A stretch of DNA of 64,000 nt from Parvularculaceae bacterium (GTDB lineage Bacteria; Pseudomonadota; Alphaproteobacteria; Caulobacterales; Parvularculaceae). The stretch lies in contig JAGRDS010000002.1 of NCBI GenBank assembly GCA_020446945.1, positions 190,194-254,193 of the forward strand. The letters run 5' to 3'. Made by a program: the position numbers and the translations under genes. The notes beneath the pieces are model-generated. The model was not told where the DNA came from and searched no databases. It saw only the letters and a list, made by a program, of their open reading frames with translations. Position 1 is the first letter of the stretch, and every line of letters begins with the position of its first letter. Below, one piece after another: positions 18,060 to 26,323 of this stretch.

Positions 18060-18725
18060 TTGGCGCGCATGGGACGGGAGATGAAAGATATGGCCGAAAC
18101 GCGCCGGCGCAAACCCGGTCCGGCGCGCGGTGCGCTGGCCGATCTGCTGAAGGAAATTCGCGCCTGCCGTCACTGCGTCGAAACGCCGGCGGGCGCGCCG
18201 CTTCCCCATGCGCCGCGCCCGGTGATTCAGGCCTCGCATAGCGCCCGGATCGCCATATTCAGCCAGGCGCCCGGCGCACGCGTCCACAAGAGCGGGCGCC
18301 CGTTCACCGATCCGTCGGGCGAGCGGCTGCGCGACTGGCTGGGGATCGGCGCGGACATTTTCTACGATGAAACACGGGTGGCGATTGCGCCGATGGGGTT
18401 TTGCTTTCCCGGATATGACGGCAAAGGCGGCGACCTGCCGCCGCGAAAGGAATGCGCGCCCTTATGGCGCGCGCGGCTGATGGCGCAAATGCCGGCGGTG
18501 AAAACCGCGCTGCTCGTCGGGTCTTATGCGCAAGGCTGGCACCTTGAGGGCGCCGCGATGAAAACCATGACGCAAACGGTCGCCAACTGGCGCGCCTATG
18601 CGCCGGATTATTTCGTCATTCCCCACCCCTCCTGGCGCAATAATGGCTGGATCAGAAAGCACCCCTGGTTCGAGGCCGATCTGCTTCCGGCCTTGCGCGC
18701 GGCGGTGCAGGCCGCGCTGGCGTGA
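18060..18725 (+). CDS. Uracil-DNA glycosylase superfamily protein (start uncertain; alternative ATGs at 18081 and 18090)
   Basis: It has a UDG-fold core (RIAIFSQAPGARVHKSGRPFTDPSGERLRDWLG) and a C-terminal HPSWRN motif. Confidence 0.75.
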   Translation: MARMGREMKDMAETRRRKPGPARGALADLLKEIRACRHCVETPAGAPLPHAPRPVIQASHSARIAIFSQAPGARVHKSGRPFTDPSGERLRDWLGIGADIFYDETRVAIAPMGFCFPGYDGKGGDLPPRKECAPLWRARLMAQMPAVKTALLVGSYAQGWHLEGAAMKTMTQTVANWRAYAPDYFVIPHPSWRNNGWIRKHPWFEADLLPALRAAVQAALA

Positions 18726-18811
18726 AAATAACGGCGCGCGATGACAAACAGTTTTATTGCGCGCCGCGCCGGCGCGCTCAATGATCGTCCCGCCGATAAT
18801 GTACTGACCCG

Positions 18812-19321
18812 ATGACAGCCCCATCCGCGCGCGCCAAATCCGGCGCCGACTTGCGCATCCGCCCCGCCGGCCCCGCAGACCTCGACGCGATCGACGCGAT
18901 AGAACGGCTTTCATTTCAAGGGGACCGTTTTGCGCGCCGCAATCTCGGCCGGCTTTTGAAAAGCGCCTCGGTCTGCGTTCTCATCGCGACGGCCGGCGCG
19001 CGGCCGGCCGGTTACGCCGCGCTCCTGTTCCGCAAAGGCTCGACGCGCGCGCGGCTCTATTCGATCGCCGTCGATCCGCAAGCGCGCGGGCGCGGCGTCG
19101 CGGACGCGCTCGTCAGCGCCGCGGCGGCCTGCGCGCTGCGGCGCGGCGCTGACCGTATTCGCCTTGAAATGCGCCCTTCCAACAAGGCGGCGCAGAGACT
19201 ATATGAGCGCGCCGGGTTTACGGTTTTCGACCGCAAGCCCGGCTATTATGAAGACGGAGAGGATGCGGTCCGGATGGAAAGGCGGCTCTCGCGCATGAAA
19301 GCAGGCGGCAGAGGCGCCTAA
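18812..19321 (+). CDS. GNAT-family N-acetyltransferase (RimI-like)
   Basis: 169 aa with the acetyl-CoA-binding motif SIAVDPQARGRGVADALV and NKAAQRLYERAGF. Confidence 0.85.
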   Translation: MTAPSARAKSGADLRIRPAGPADLDAIDAIERLSFQGDRFARRNLGRLLKSASVCVLIATAGARPAGYAALLFRKGSTRARLYSIAVDPQARGRGVADALVSAAAACALRRGADRIRLEMRPSNKAAQRLYERAGFTVFDRKPGYYEDGEDAVRMERRLSRMKAGGRGA

Positions 19322-19323
19322 CG

Positions 19324-20835
19324 ATGAGCGACTGGCTCATACTGGTCGAATACGCGGCCGATCTCGGCCAACATGAAACTCCGCACAAGGTGATGCGCAT
19401 CAGGGATTACCTGACGACGCCGAATCTGTTCACCGGCCGGCGCCCGAACATCATCAATCTCGCGCGCAGCTATTCCTATCAGAGCGAAGGCTATTACGCA
19501 TCGCTGCTCGCCGAGGCGCGCCGCCATCGCATTGCGCCGACCGTCCAGGCGATGGTGGAGCTGGGGCGAAAATCGCTCTATGCGCACGCCGTCCCCGAGC
19601 TTGAGGCCGCGCTTCAGCGCGATATTGAAAACGGCGCGGCGCCGATTGAAAAACTCCTTGTCGCGTTCACCTCGACGCAGCCGCGCGGCTTTGACCGGTT
19701 TGCAAAACTTCTTTTCGACTGGTTCCGCGCGCCGGTGATCGAGGCGGAGATTTCCGGCGGCGTCAAACCGAAAATCCAGAATCTGCGCATAATCGCGCCG
19801 CACAAGCTGAAAGGCGACGAACGGCGCTTTTTCCTCTCCGCGCTCGATCAGCATACGAGCCGGCGCTGGACGGCGCCGAAAACGAAAACGGCCGCAAAAT
19901 GGTCGCTCGCGGTTCTCATTGACCCGAAAGAGGAGGAGGGGCCGTCTTCTCCCGCCTCGATCAAGAAACTCGCCGCTGTCGCGGACAGGATGGGCGTCGA
20001 GGTCGAGCCGATCTATCCCAATGAACTTTCAAACCTCGCCGAATTCGACGCGCTGTTCATTCGCGCGACGACGGCGATCGACAATTTCACCTATCGTTTC
20101 GCGCGCCGCGCCGAGCAGGAGGGCATGCCGGTCATCGAGGACACGCAATCGATGATCCGCTGCACCAACAAGGTTTTCCTGAAGGAATTGCTCGACAACG
20201 CGAATATTCCCGCGCCGAAAACCGAAATCCTGGACGAGAAAACCAATATCGCGGAAATCATGGACCGGCTCGGTTCGCCGGTGGTGCTGAAGGCGCCGGA
20301 CGGGTCGTTTTCGCGTTCGGTGCATAAGGTCGAAACGCTTGAGCAATTTCAGGCGACAGCGAAGAAGCTGTTCGACGACACCGCGCTCATTCTCGCGCAG
20401 GAATACATGCCGACGCAATTCGACTGGCGCGTCGGCGTGCTGGACGGCGAGCCGCTGTTCGCCTGCCGGTATAAAATGGCGCGCGGGCACTGGCAGATCG
20501 CCAAGCACAAAGAAAACGGCGCGACGACTTTCGGCGGAACGGATACGATACCGGTGGAGGAAGCGCCCCGGACGGTCATAGATATCGCCGTCAAATGCGC
20601 GCAACTGATCGGCGACGGGCTTTACGGCATTGACCTTAAAGAAAACGAGCGCGGCGTTTTCGTCATCGAGATTAACGACAATCCAAATCTGGATCACGAA
20701 TATGAAGGCGCGGTCTTAAAGGACGAGCTTTGGCGCCGGATCATAAACTGGTTCGCCGCGCGGCTTGAAAAACGCATGGGCGTCGCGCCCGTCGCCGTAC
20801 AGGCCGAACCTGCGCAACCCAAAGCCGGCGCCTGA
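19324..20835 (+). CDS. RimK-type ATP-grasp ligase with an N-terminal RLAN (RimK-like ATP-grasp N-terminal) domain
   Basis: 503 aa. The N-terminal ~180 aa read NIINLARSYSYQSEGYYASLLAEARRHR. ATP-grasp motifs are present: VVLKAPDGSFSRSV, AQEYMPTQFDWRVGVLDG and GIDLKENERGVFVIEINDNPN. The ATG lies 2 nt after the GNAT stop. Confidence 0.8.
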   Translation: MSDWLILVEYAADLGQHETPHKVMRIRDYLTTPNLFTGRRPNIINLARSYSYQSEGYYASLLAEARRHRIAPTVQAMVELGRKSLYAHAVPELEAALQRDIENGAAPIEKLLVAFTSTQPRGFDRFAKLLFDWFRAPVIEAEISGGVKPKIQNLRIIAPHKLKGDERRFFLSALDQHTSRRWTAPKTKTAAKWSLAVLIDPKEEEGPSSPASIKKLAAVADRMGVEVEPIYPNELSNLAEFDALFIRATTAIDNFTYRFARRAEQEGMPVIEDTQSMIRCTNKVFLKELLDNANIPAPKTEILDEKTNIAEIMDRLGSPVVLKAPDGSFSRSVHKVETLEQFQATAKKLFDDTALILAQEYMPTQFDWRVGVLDGEPLFACRYKMARGHWQIAKHKENGATTFGGTDTIPVEEAPRTVIDIAVKCAQLIGDGLYGIDLKENERGVFVIEINDNPNLDHEYEGAVLKDELWRRIINWFAARLEKRMGVAPVAVQAEPAQPKAGA

Positions 20836-20899
20836 CGCGCGGGGCGCGATGTCCGGTCGCTTTCGACTGCGCATCACTATTCGACTGTTTTCAGTTTGT

Positions 20900-20941
20900 G
20901 CATTGAAATGCGAATGTATTCAATTTGCGCATTGAAATGCG
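20900..20941. promoter_or_regulatory. Two copies of GCATTGAAATGCG (20900-20912 and 20929-20941). Each is a GCATT-GA-AATGC palindrome. They sit in an AT-rich patch upstream of ppa.
   Basis: An exact 13-nt repeat, 29 bp apart, was read from the sequence. The second copy extends to GCGCATT-GA-AATGCGC. They lie 43-84 bp upstream of the ppa ATG. Confidence 0.5.
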
Positions 20942-20983
20942 CTGGGCCCCCCGCTATGCCGGCGCGAAAATCAAGGAGACGTC

Positions 20984-21511
20984 ATGCGTATCGACGCCAT
21001 CGCCATCGGGGCGAAACCGCCCGAGGACGTAAATGTCATCATCGAAGTGCCGCTCGGCGGGCAGCCGATCAAATATGAAATGGACAAGGCTGCGGGCGCG
21101 CTCGTCGTCGACCGGTTTCTGTATACGCCGATGTCCTATCCCGGAAATTACGGTTTCGTGCCGCACACGCTTTCAGAAGACGGCGATCCGATCGACGTTC
21201 TTGTCTGCAACAATCGCCCGCTCATGCCCGGCTGCGTCATCAATGTGCGCCCGATCGGCGTCATGTTGATGGAGGATAATTCCGGCGTTGACGAAAAAAT
21301 TCTCGCCGCGCCGAGCCCGCATCTGACGCAGCGCTGGAACGCGGTGAAAGAATATTCCGACCTGCCGGAAATTACGCTCAAGCAGATCGAGCATTTTTTC
21401 GAGCATTACAAGGATCTCGAACCCGGCAAATGGGTCAAGGTCGGCGGCTGGCAGGACGCGGCGACCGCACGCCGCAAGATCGTCGAGGCGATAGATCGCG
21501 CCCGAAAATAA
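20984..21511 (+). CDS. ppa: Inorganic pyrophosphatase (family I)
   Basis: 175 aa with IIEVP.G...[14 protein letters not shown] and a [11 protein letters not shown]-type signature. SD AAGGAG lies upstream. Confidence 0.95.
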   Translation: MRIDAIAIGAKPPEDVNVIIEVPLGGQPIKYEMDKAAGALVVDRFLYTPMSYPGNYGFVPHTLSEDGDPIDVLVCNNRPLMPGCVINVRPIGVMLMEDNSGVDEKILAAPSPHLTQRWNAVKEYSDLPEITLKQIEHFFEHYKDLEPGKWVKVGGWQDAATARRKIVEAIDRARK

Positions 21512-21548
21512 AAATATGCCCGGCGATGGAGCGTACAGATCGGAAGTG

Positions 21549-21590
21549 CGCCGCCGGCGGCGAACCGCGCGGCGGCGTTATTCTCATTCC
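21549..21590 (+). terminator. Hairpin (about 12 bp with a one-nucleotide bulge, CGAA loop) followed by TTATTCTCATT. Probable ppa terminator.
   Basis: The stem was read from the sequence at 21549-21577. The U-rich tail overlaps the stop of the convergent gene. Confidence 0.5.
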
Positions 21591-24500
21591 CAATAATATT
21601 CGCCGCGCGTCTTCGCGCCGGTGACTTTCTCGTTCATCGTAACGGGATCGTAGAGCCGGCCGTTCAGCATGACGGCGTCGATCTTGTCCGTATTGCGGAT
21701 ATTTTCGAGAGGATCGGCGTTTAAAATGACGAGGTCGGCGAGCTTGCCGGCTTCGATCGCGCCGATGTCCCTGTCGTAACCCAAAGCCCTCGCCGGCGTC
21801 GATGTCGCGGCCTTCAGCGCTTCAAGCGGGGACATGCCGCCCCTGACGAACGACCACATCTCCCAGTGAGAGCCAAGGCCCTCCTCCTGGCCGTGCGCGC
21901 CGATCGACACCATGACGCCGCGATCGGCGAGCTTTTTCGCTTCGCGCGCATTGTATTGTTCGGCGAAATCCTCCTCCGGCGCCTTGGTGCGGCGGACCGA
22001 GGACGGCTGGAGGATATGCGCCGGCACGTGTTTCGACAGGATCGGGTGAAGCCAGACATCGCTCGCCATGCGCCAATAGGGATCGCCGGCGAGACCGCTA
22101 TAGGTGACGACGAGCGTCGGCGTATAGGCGACGTTCGTCTGCGAGAAGAACGAAAGAACGTCTTCGTAAAGAACGTTTTGCGGAATGTTGTGTTCAAGAG
22201 TCGAATTGCCGTCGGCGATAAGCGTCATATCCTGCGTAAACAGGGATGCGCCTTCGGCGACAACCGTCATGTTTTCGGCGCGCGCCGCCGCAACAACCTG
22301 CTGGCGCTGGTCGCGCCGCGGCTGGTTGTAGTTCTTGATCGAATGCGCGCCCTGCGCTTTCAGTCGGCGCACATGCGCGAGCGCGTCGTCATAGTTTTCA
22401 ATCTCGGAGAAAAATCCGGGCGCCTTCGCGCCGTAAACCGCGTCGCCGGTCGAAAACGTGCGCGGCCCGGTGAGATCGCCGACACGTTGCAGCTCAGATG
22501 CGGCGAAAACTTCCGAAGCGTTGTTCGACGGGTCGTGGACCGTGGTGACGCCAAGCGCCAGATGCGCGATCGCCGACCAGTTTTCCTCCGGGATGATTTC
22601 ATCCTCGCCCTGGGCCCCGTGGGCGTGCGCGTCGATAAAGCCGGGCGTTACGGTTTTTCCCGCCGCGTCGATCATGCGCGCGCCGCCGGGATAGTTCCCT
22701 TCGCCTTCGCCGACGGCCGAAATCCGGTTACCGGTTATGATGATATGGCCGTTTTCGATAACGCCGCCATCCTCGCCCGCCATCGTTATGATGCGGGCGT
22801 TGCGGATGACCGTGACGCCGGACGGCTTGTCCGCGTGCGCCGTTACGGAAAGATCGGCGCCGGACGAGGGCGGCGTGAATTTCTTCGCCTTCGCATCGTC
22901 CGCCTGCGCGGGAAGCGAAGGGATCATGTCGGCGATTTTCGCGGAATAAAGCGTCGGCCCCAATGACCAGCGGATTTCGCCCGGTCCCGACCAGGACAGA
23001 TATGACGAGCCGCCTTCGCTCGCCCTGACGACCGGCACGGCTGAAGCGGATTTTCCGGCGGCGATTTCCTGCGGGCCCGACGTCATCGGCATGGCATAGA
23101 CGGCCCAGTTTTCACGGAATGCGAGATGCTTCCCGTCGGGAGATACCTGATAGTCCGTCAGCATGTCGCCGGCGGCGTGAACGCGCTTGTCGGCGCCGCT
23201 CAGATCGACGCTGATGAGTTTGGTCTGGTTGTCCTCGCGCACCTGCATGAAGATGCGATCATTCGCGGCGCCGAAATGCGGATTTTGTCCGCTTTCGCTC
23301 ACCCTGGCGATCGCCCCGCCGGAGGCCGAAACGCAATAAACGCCCGGCGCCTCGGCGTAACGGTCGGACAGAAGGTAGCCGCTGGCGCTTTTTTCAAAGA
23401 CGATCGTATCGCCGTCCGGCGAAAAGCGCGGCCGGCGATAAACGCCCGGCGTGCGCGTCACCGCCTTGCCTGCGCCGCCGCCCGGCGACGTGACGCGGAT
23501 CGTTCCCATTCCTTCATCGGTCCAGGCGACATAGACGATGCGCCGTCCGTCGTTTGAAAATGACGGGAAAAGTTCGCGTACGTCATTCGATCCCGTCAAT
23601 CGGCGCGGCGCGCCGTTCGGCAGGGACTTGACCCACAATTTACCAAGCGTTTCGAAAACGGCCGTACGCCCGTCCGGCGAAACGGTTGCAAAGCGCGGCA
23701 TCGTGGTTTTGAAACTGTCCGGGGCGACCTCGACCGAAGGACGCGGCGCATCGACGACGTCGCGATCGTCGGCGATATGGAACGGAATTTCCGACGCCGC
23801 GCCGTCGGTCGTCACGCGGCGGATCTTTCCGCCGGCCCAGAAAACGACGGATTTCGAATCGGGCGTCCAGTCCATCATCGGGTAAACGCCGTGAACGGCC
23901 CAGGCTTCCTGCATGTCGAGATCGAGCGCGTCATAGATTTTTCTTTGCGCGCCGCTCGCAAGATCCATGAGATAGAGTTTCGATTTTTCGCGTTCGCGCT
24001 TGACGAAGGCGAGCCATTTTCCGTCGGGCGAGGGGGTCGGGCGCACGGCGCCCCCGGCGCCGCCGGCGATGCGGGTCGTTTCACCGGTCGCGATGTCGAA
24101 ACGCTCGATCGCGAAGACTTCGCCATTCGCGTCCTGCGCGTAAATGAACGTATCGCCCGGCGTCGTATTGTGCGCGTAGTAGATCGCCTTGCCGGCGCCG
24201 TTCGGGTCCGGCGCGAAAACCGGCTCGCCGAGTTCTTTCTGATAGGTCTCGTTCGGGCGCTTGACGAGCTTTACGCCGTCGCCGCCGCCGAGATGATACA
24301 TCCAGATTTCGCCCGTGCCGAGCGAACGCGATGTCGTGAAATGCTTGCGCCCGATCAGGTATCGCCCGTCCGGACTCCAGTCGGGCGCGGTGACGAGGCG
24401 GAATTTCTCCTTGCTCACCTGGCGCTTGTCCGAACCGTCGGCGTTCATGATCCACAGATTGTCGCCGCCGCCGCGATCTGAGGTGAACGCGATTTTCCGT

Positions 24501-24802
24501 CCGTCCGGCGAGAAGCGCGGCTGCATATCAAAGGAAAGGCCTTCAGCGATGCGCGTCGGCGCGCCGCCGGCGATCGGCATCGTGTAAATGTCGCCGAGGA
24601 GGTCGAATGCGATCTTTCTTCCGTCGGGGCTGACATCGACATTCATCCAGGTGCCTTCCTCGACGTCGATTTTCACTTTCCGGATTTCGGCGCCCGGCGG
24701 CGCCGACACATCCCACTCTTTTTTCGCGCCGTCCGTTTCGTCGGGAAATGCAGGTGTCGTGAAAACCGCCATAGCGGCGCCGGCAAGCAGAATGCGCTTC
24801 AT
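21584..24802 (-). CDS. Periplasmic fusion protein: TolB-like PD40/WD40 beta-propeller repeats plus a C-terminal metal-dependent amidohydrolase domain
   Basis: 1072 aa with a signal peptide (MKRILLAGAAMAVFTTPAFP). It carries many PD40-type repeats (FSPDGRKIAF, WSPDGRYL, PSPDGKWLAF, VSPDGRTAVF...). The amidohydrolase motifs are PGFIDAHAHG...H...D. The SD is AAGAGGGG. Confidence 0.88.
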   Translation of the reverse strand: MKRILLAGAAMAVFTTPAFPDETDGAKKEWDVSAPPGAEIRKVKIDVEEGTWMNVDVSPDGRKIAFDLLGDIYTMPIAGGAPTRIAEGLSFDMQPRFSPDGRKIAFTSDRGGGDNLWIMNADGSDKRQVSKEKFRLVTAPDWSPDGRYLIGRKHFTTSRSLGTGEIWMYHLGGGDGVKLVKRPNETYQKELGEPVFAPDPNGAGKAIYYAHNTTPGDTFIYAQDANGEVFAIERFDIATGETTRIAGGAGGAVRPTPSPDGKWLAFVKREREKSKLYLMDLASGAQRKIYDALDLDMQEAWAVHGVYPMMDWTPDSKSVVFWAGGKIRRVTTDGAASEIPFHIADDRDVVDAPRPSVEVAPDSFKTTMPRFATVSPDGRTAVFETLGKLWVKSLPNGAPRRLTGSNDVRELFPSFSNDGRRIVYVAWTDEGMGTIRVTSPGGGAGKAVTRTPGVYRRPRFSPDGDTIVFEKSASGYLLSDRYAEAPGVYCVSASGGAIARVSESGQNPHFGAANDRIFMQVREDNQTKLISVDLSGADKRVHAAGDMLTDYQVSPDGKHLAFRENWAVYAMPMTSGPQEIAAGKSASAVPVVRASEGGSSYLSWSGPGEIRWSLGPTLYSAKIADMIPSLPAQADDAKAKKFTPPSSGADLSVTAHADKPSGVTVIRNARIITMAGEDGGVIENGHIIITGNRISAVGEGEGNYPGGARMIDAAGKTVTPGFIDAHAHGAQGEDEIIPEENWSAIAHLALGVTTVHDPSNNASEVFAASELQRVGDLTGPRTFSTGDAVYGAKAPGFFSEIENYDDALAHVRRLKAQGAHSIKNYNQPRRDQRQQVVAAARAENMTVVAEGASLFTQDMTLIADGNSTLEHNIPQNVLYEDVLSFFSQTNVAYTPTLVVTYSGLAGDPYWRMASDVWLHPILSKHVPAHILQPSSVRRTKAPEEDFAEQYNAREAKKLADRGVMVSIGAHGQEEGLGSHWEMWSFVRGGMSPLEALKAATSTPARALGYDRDIGAIEAGKLADLVILNADPLENIRNTDKIDAVMLNGRLYDPVTMNEKVTGAKTRGEYYWE

Positions 24803-24838
24803 GATTTACCCCTCTTGTCTGGCCGCGATCCTAAACGC

Positions 24839-24876
24839 CTCGCCCGCCCCGGGGCGAGCCCCGGGCTGTTTTTATT
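24839..24876 (+). terminator. Terminator-like hairpin CCCGGGG-CGAG-CCCCGGG (24848-24865) plus CTGTTTTTATT. It competes with an overlapping upstream hairpin CTCGCCC-GCCCCG-GGGCGAG (24839-24858).
   Basis: Both 7-bp stems were read from the sequence and share nucleotides 24848-24858. The element lies in the divergent region, 58 nt upstream of the MATE gene start. Confidence 0.5.
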
Positions 24877-24933
24877 GACTAATGCCGGGGCGCGGCATAC
24901 GGCTCGGCCCCTTTTGTCTTCCGGAATTCGGTT

Positions 24934-26310
24934 GTGGATAAGTCCGTTGCGACAGAACGAGCGCCTCGTGCGGCGTGGCGAGCAGAGCTTGCCGCGCTGC
25001 TTTCGCTCGGCCTGCCGATGGCGGCGACGCAGCTCGTGCAGTTTTCGGTGATGACGGTCGATGTCCTGATGATCGGACGGCTCGGCCCGACGCCGCTCGC
25101 CGCGTCGTCGATCGGCGTTGTCATTTTTTTCGCCGCCTGGCTGATCGGGTTCGGCCCCGCAATGGCCGTTTCGCCGCTGGTCAGCCAGGCGCTCGGCGCG
25201 CGGGCCGATGACTATGACGATGTGCGCATCTCCGTGCGCATGTCGCTCTGGGCGACCGGCGCGCTGACGCCGGCGATGTTCATCGGTTTCGCGCTCGCAG
25301 AACCCATGGCGCTCGCGCTCGGCCAGCCGGAAGAACTCGCCGCGCTCGCCGGCCCTTATGTTCTTGCGCTCGGTCCGGGATGGGCGTTCGCGATGGGCGT
25401 CATCATCCTGCGGAATTTTCTCGCCGCAATCGGCGAGACGCGCGCGCCGCTCTATATCGTTATCGGTACGACGATATTGAACGCTTTTCTCAACTGGCTT
25501 CTCATTTACGGAAATCTGGGTTTTGCGCGCCTTGAACTTGTCGGCGCCGGCATCGCCTCGTCGGCGGCGCATTTATGCGGGTTCTTCGCGCTCGTCCTTT
25601 ACATTCGCCGGGACGCGAAATCCCGTCCGTTCCACCTGTTCAGCTCGTTTCTCGCGCCGCATTGGGACCGGTTGCGGGAAATCGTCCGTCTTGGATGGCC
25701 GATTGCGGTGACAATTGCTTTCGAGGGCATGTTGTTCAACGCCTGCGTATTCGTGATGGGGCGTATCGGCGTCAACGAAGTCGCCGCCTATCAGGTTGCG
25801 CTTAATGTCGCTGCGATCGCTTTCATGGGCCCGCTCGGTCTTTCGATGGCGGGCAGCGTTCGCGTCGGTCTCGCCGCCGGCGCCGGCGATCGCGCGCGCG
25901 TTCGCCGCGCAGCGGCGCTGACCCTTATCCTGTCCATCGCCGCGATCATGCTTGTCGCCATACCGACGATGCTGGCGCCTGAATTCGTCGCCGGTCTTTA
26001 TCTCGACAGAAGCGATCCGGAAAATGCGGCCGTAATCGAACTCGTTTCGAAATTTCTCGTCATCGCAGCCGCGTTCATGCTGTTCGACGCGACGCAGGTC
26101 GCCTCGGCGCAGGCGTTGAGGGGGCTAAAAGACGTGCGCTGGCCGATGTTCATCACCGGCGTCGCCTATTGGGCGATCGGTTTTCCGATCGCCGCCTGGC
26201 TCGGCCTCGGCGCCGATATCGGCGCGGTCGGCGTCTGGTGGGGGCTGTTGATCGGTCTTTTCGCCGCCGCCGCCATGCTTTCCACCCGGCTCTACCTGTT
26301 GACGCGCTAG
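24934..26310 (+). CDS. MATE-family multidrug/toxin efflux transporter (NorM-like)
   Basis: 458 aa, ~12 TM segments and a GTG start. It has a typical MATE N-terminus (LLSLGLPMAATQLVQFSVMTVDVLMIGRLG). Confidence 0.9.
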   Translation: MDKSVATERAPRAAWRAELAALLSLGLPMAATQLVQFSVMTVDVLMIGRLGPTPLAASSIGVVIFFAAWLIGFGPAMAVSPLVSQALGARADDYDDVRISVRMSLWATGALTPAMFIGFALAEPMALALGQPEELAALAGPYVLALGPGWAFAMGVIILRNFLAAIGETRAPLYIVIGTTILNAFLNWLLIYGNLGFARLELVGAGIASSAAHLCGFFALVLYIRRDAKSRPFHLFSSFLAPHWDRLREIVRLGWPIAVTIAFEGMLFNACVFVMGRIGVNEVAAYQVALNVAAIAFMGPLGLSMAGSVRVGLAAGAGDRARVRRAAALTLILSIAAIMLVAIPTMLAPEFVAGLYLDRSDPENAAVIELVSKFLVIAAAFMLFDATQVASAQALRGLKDVRWPMFITGVAYWAIGFPIAAWLGLGADIGAVGVWWGLLIGLFAAAAMLSTRLYLLTR

Positions 26311-26323
26311 CGCTGTTAACGAC

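Noticed and set aside
24800-24876. Fluoride (crcB), guanidine-II or guanidine-III riboswitch in front of the MATE gene (CCUAAACGCC is reminiscent of the crcB AAAC-GCC segment).
   Set aside because: The conserved GGCGAUG / CUGAUG elements of crcB are not present. Neither are the ACGR tetraloops of mini-ykkC or the GGACGAGG core of ykkC-III. Only the hairpin competition itself is reported.
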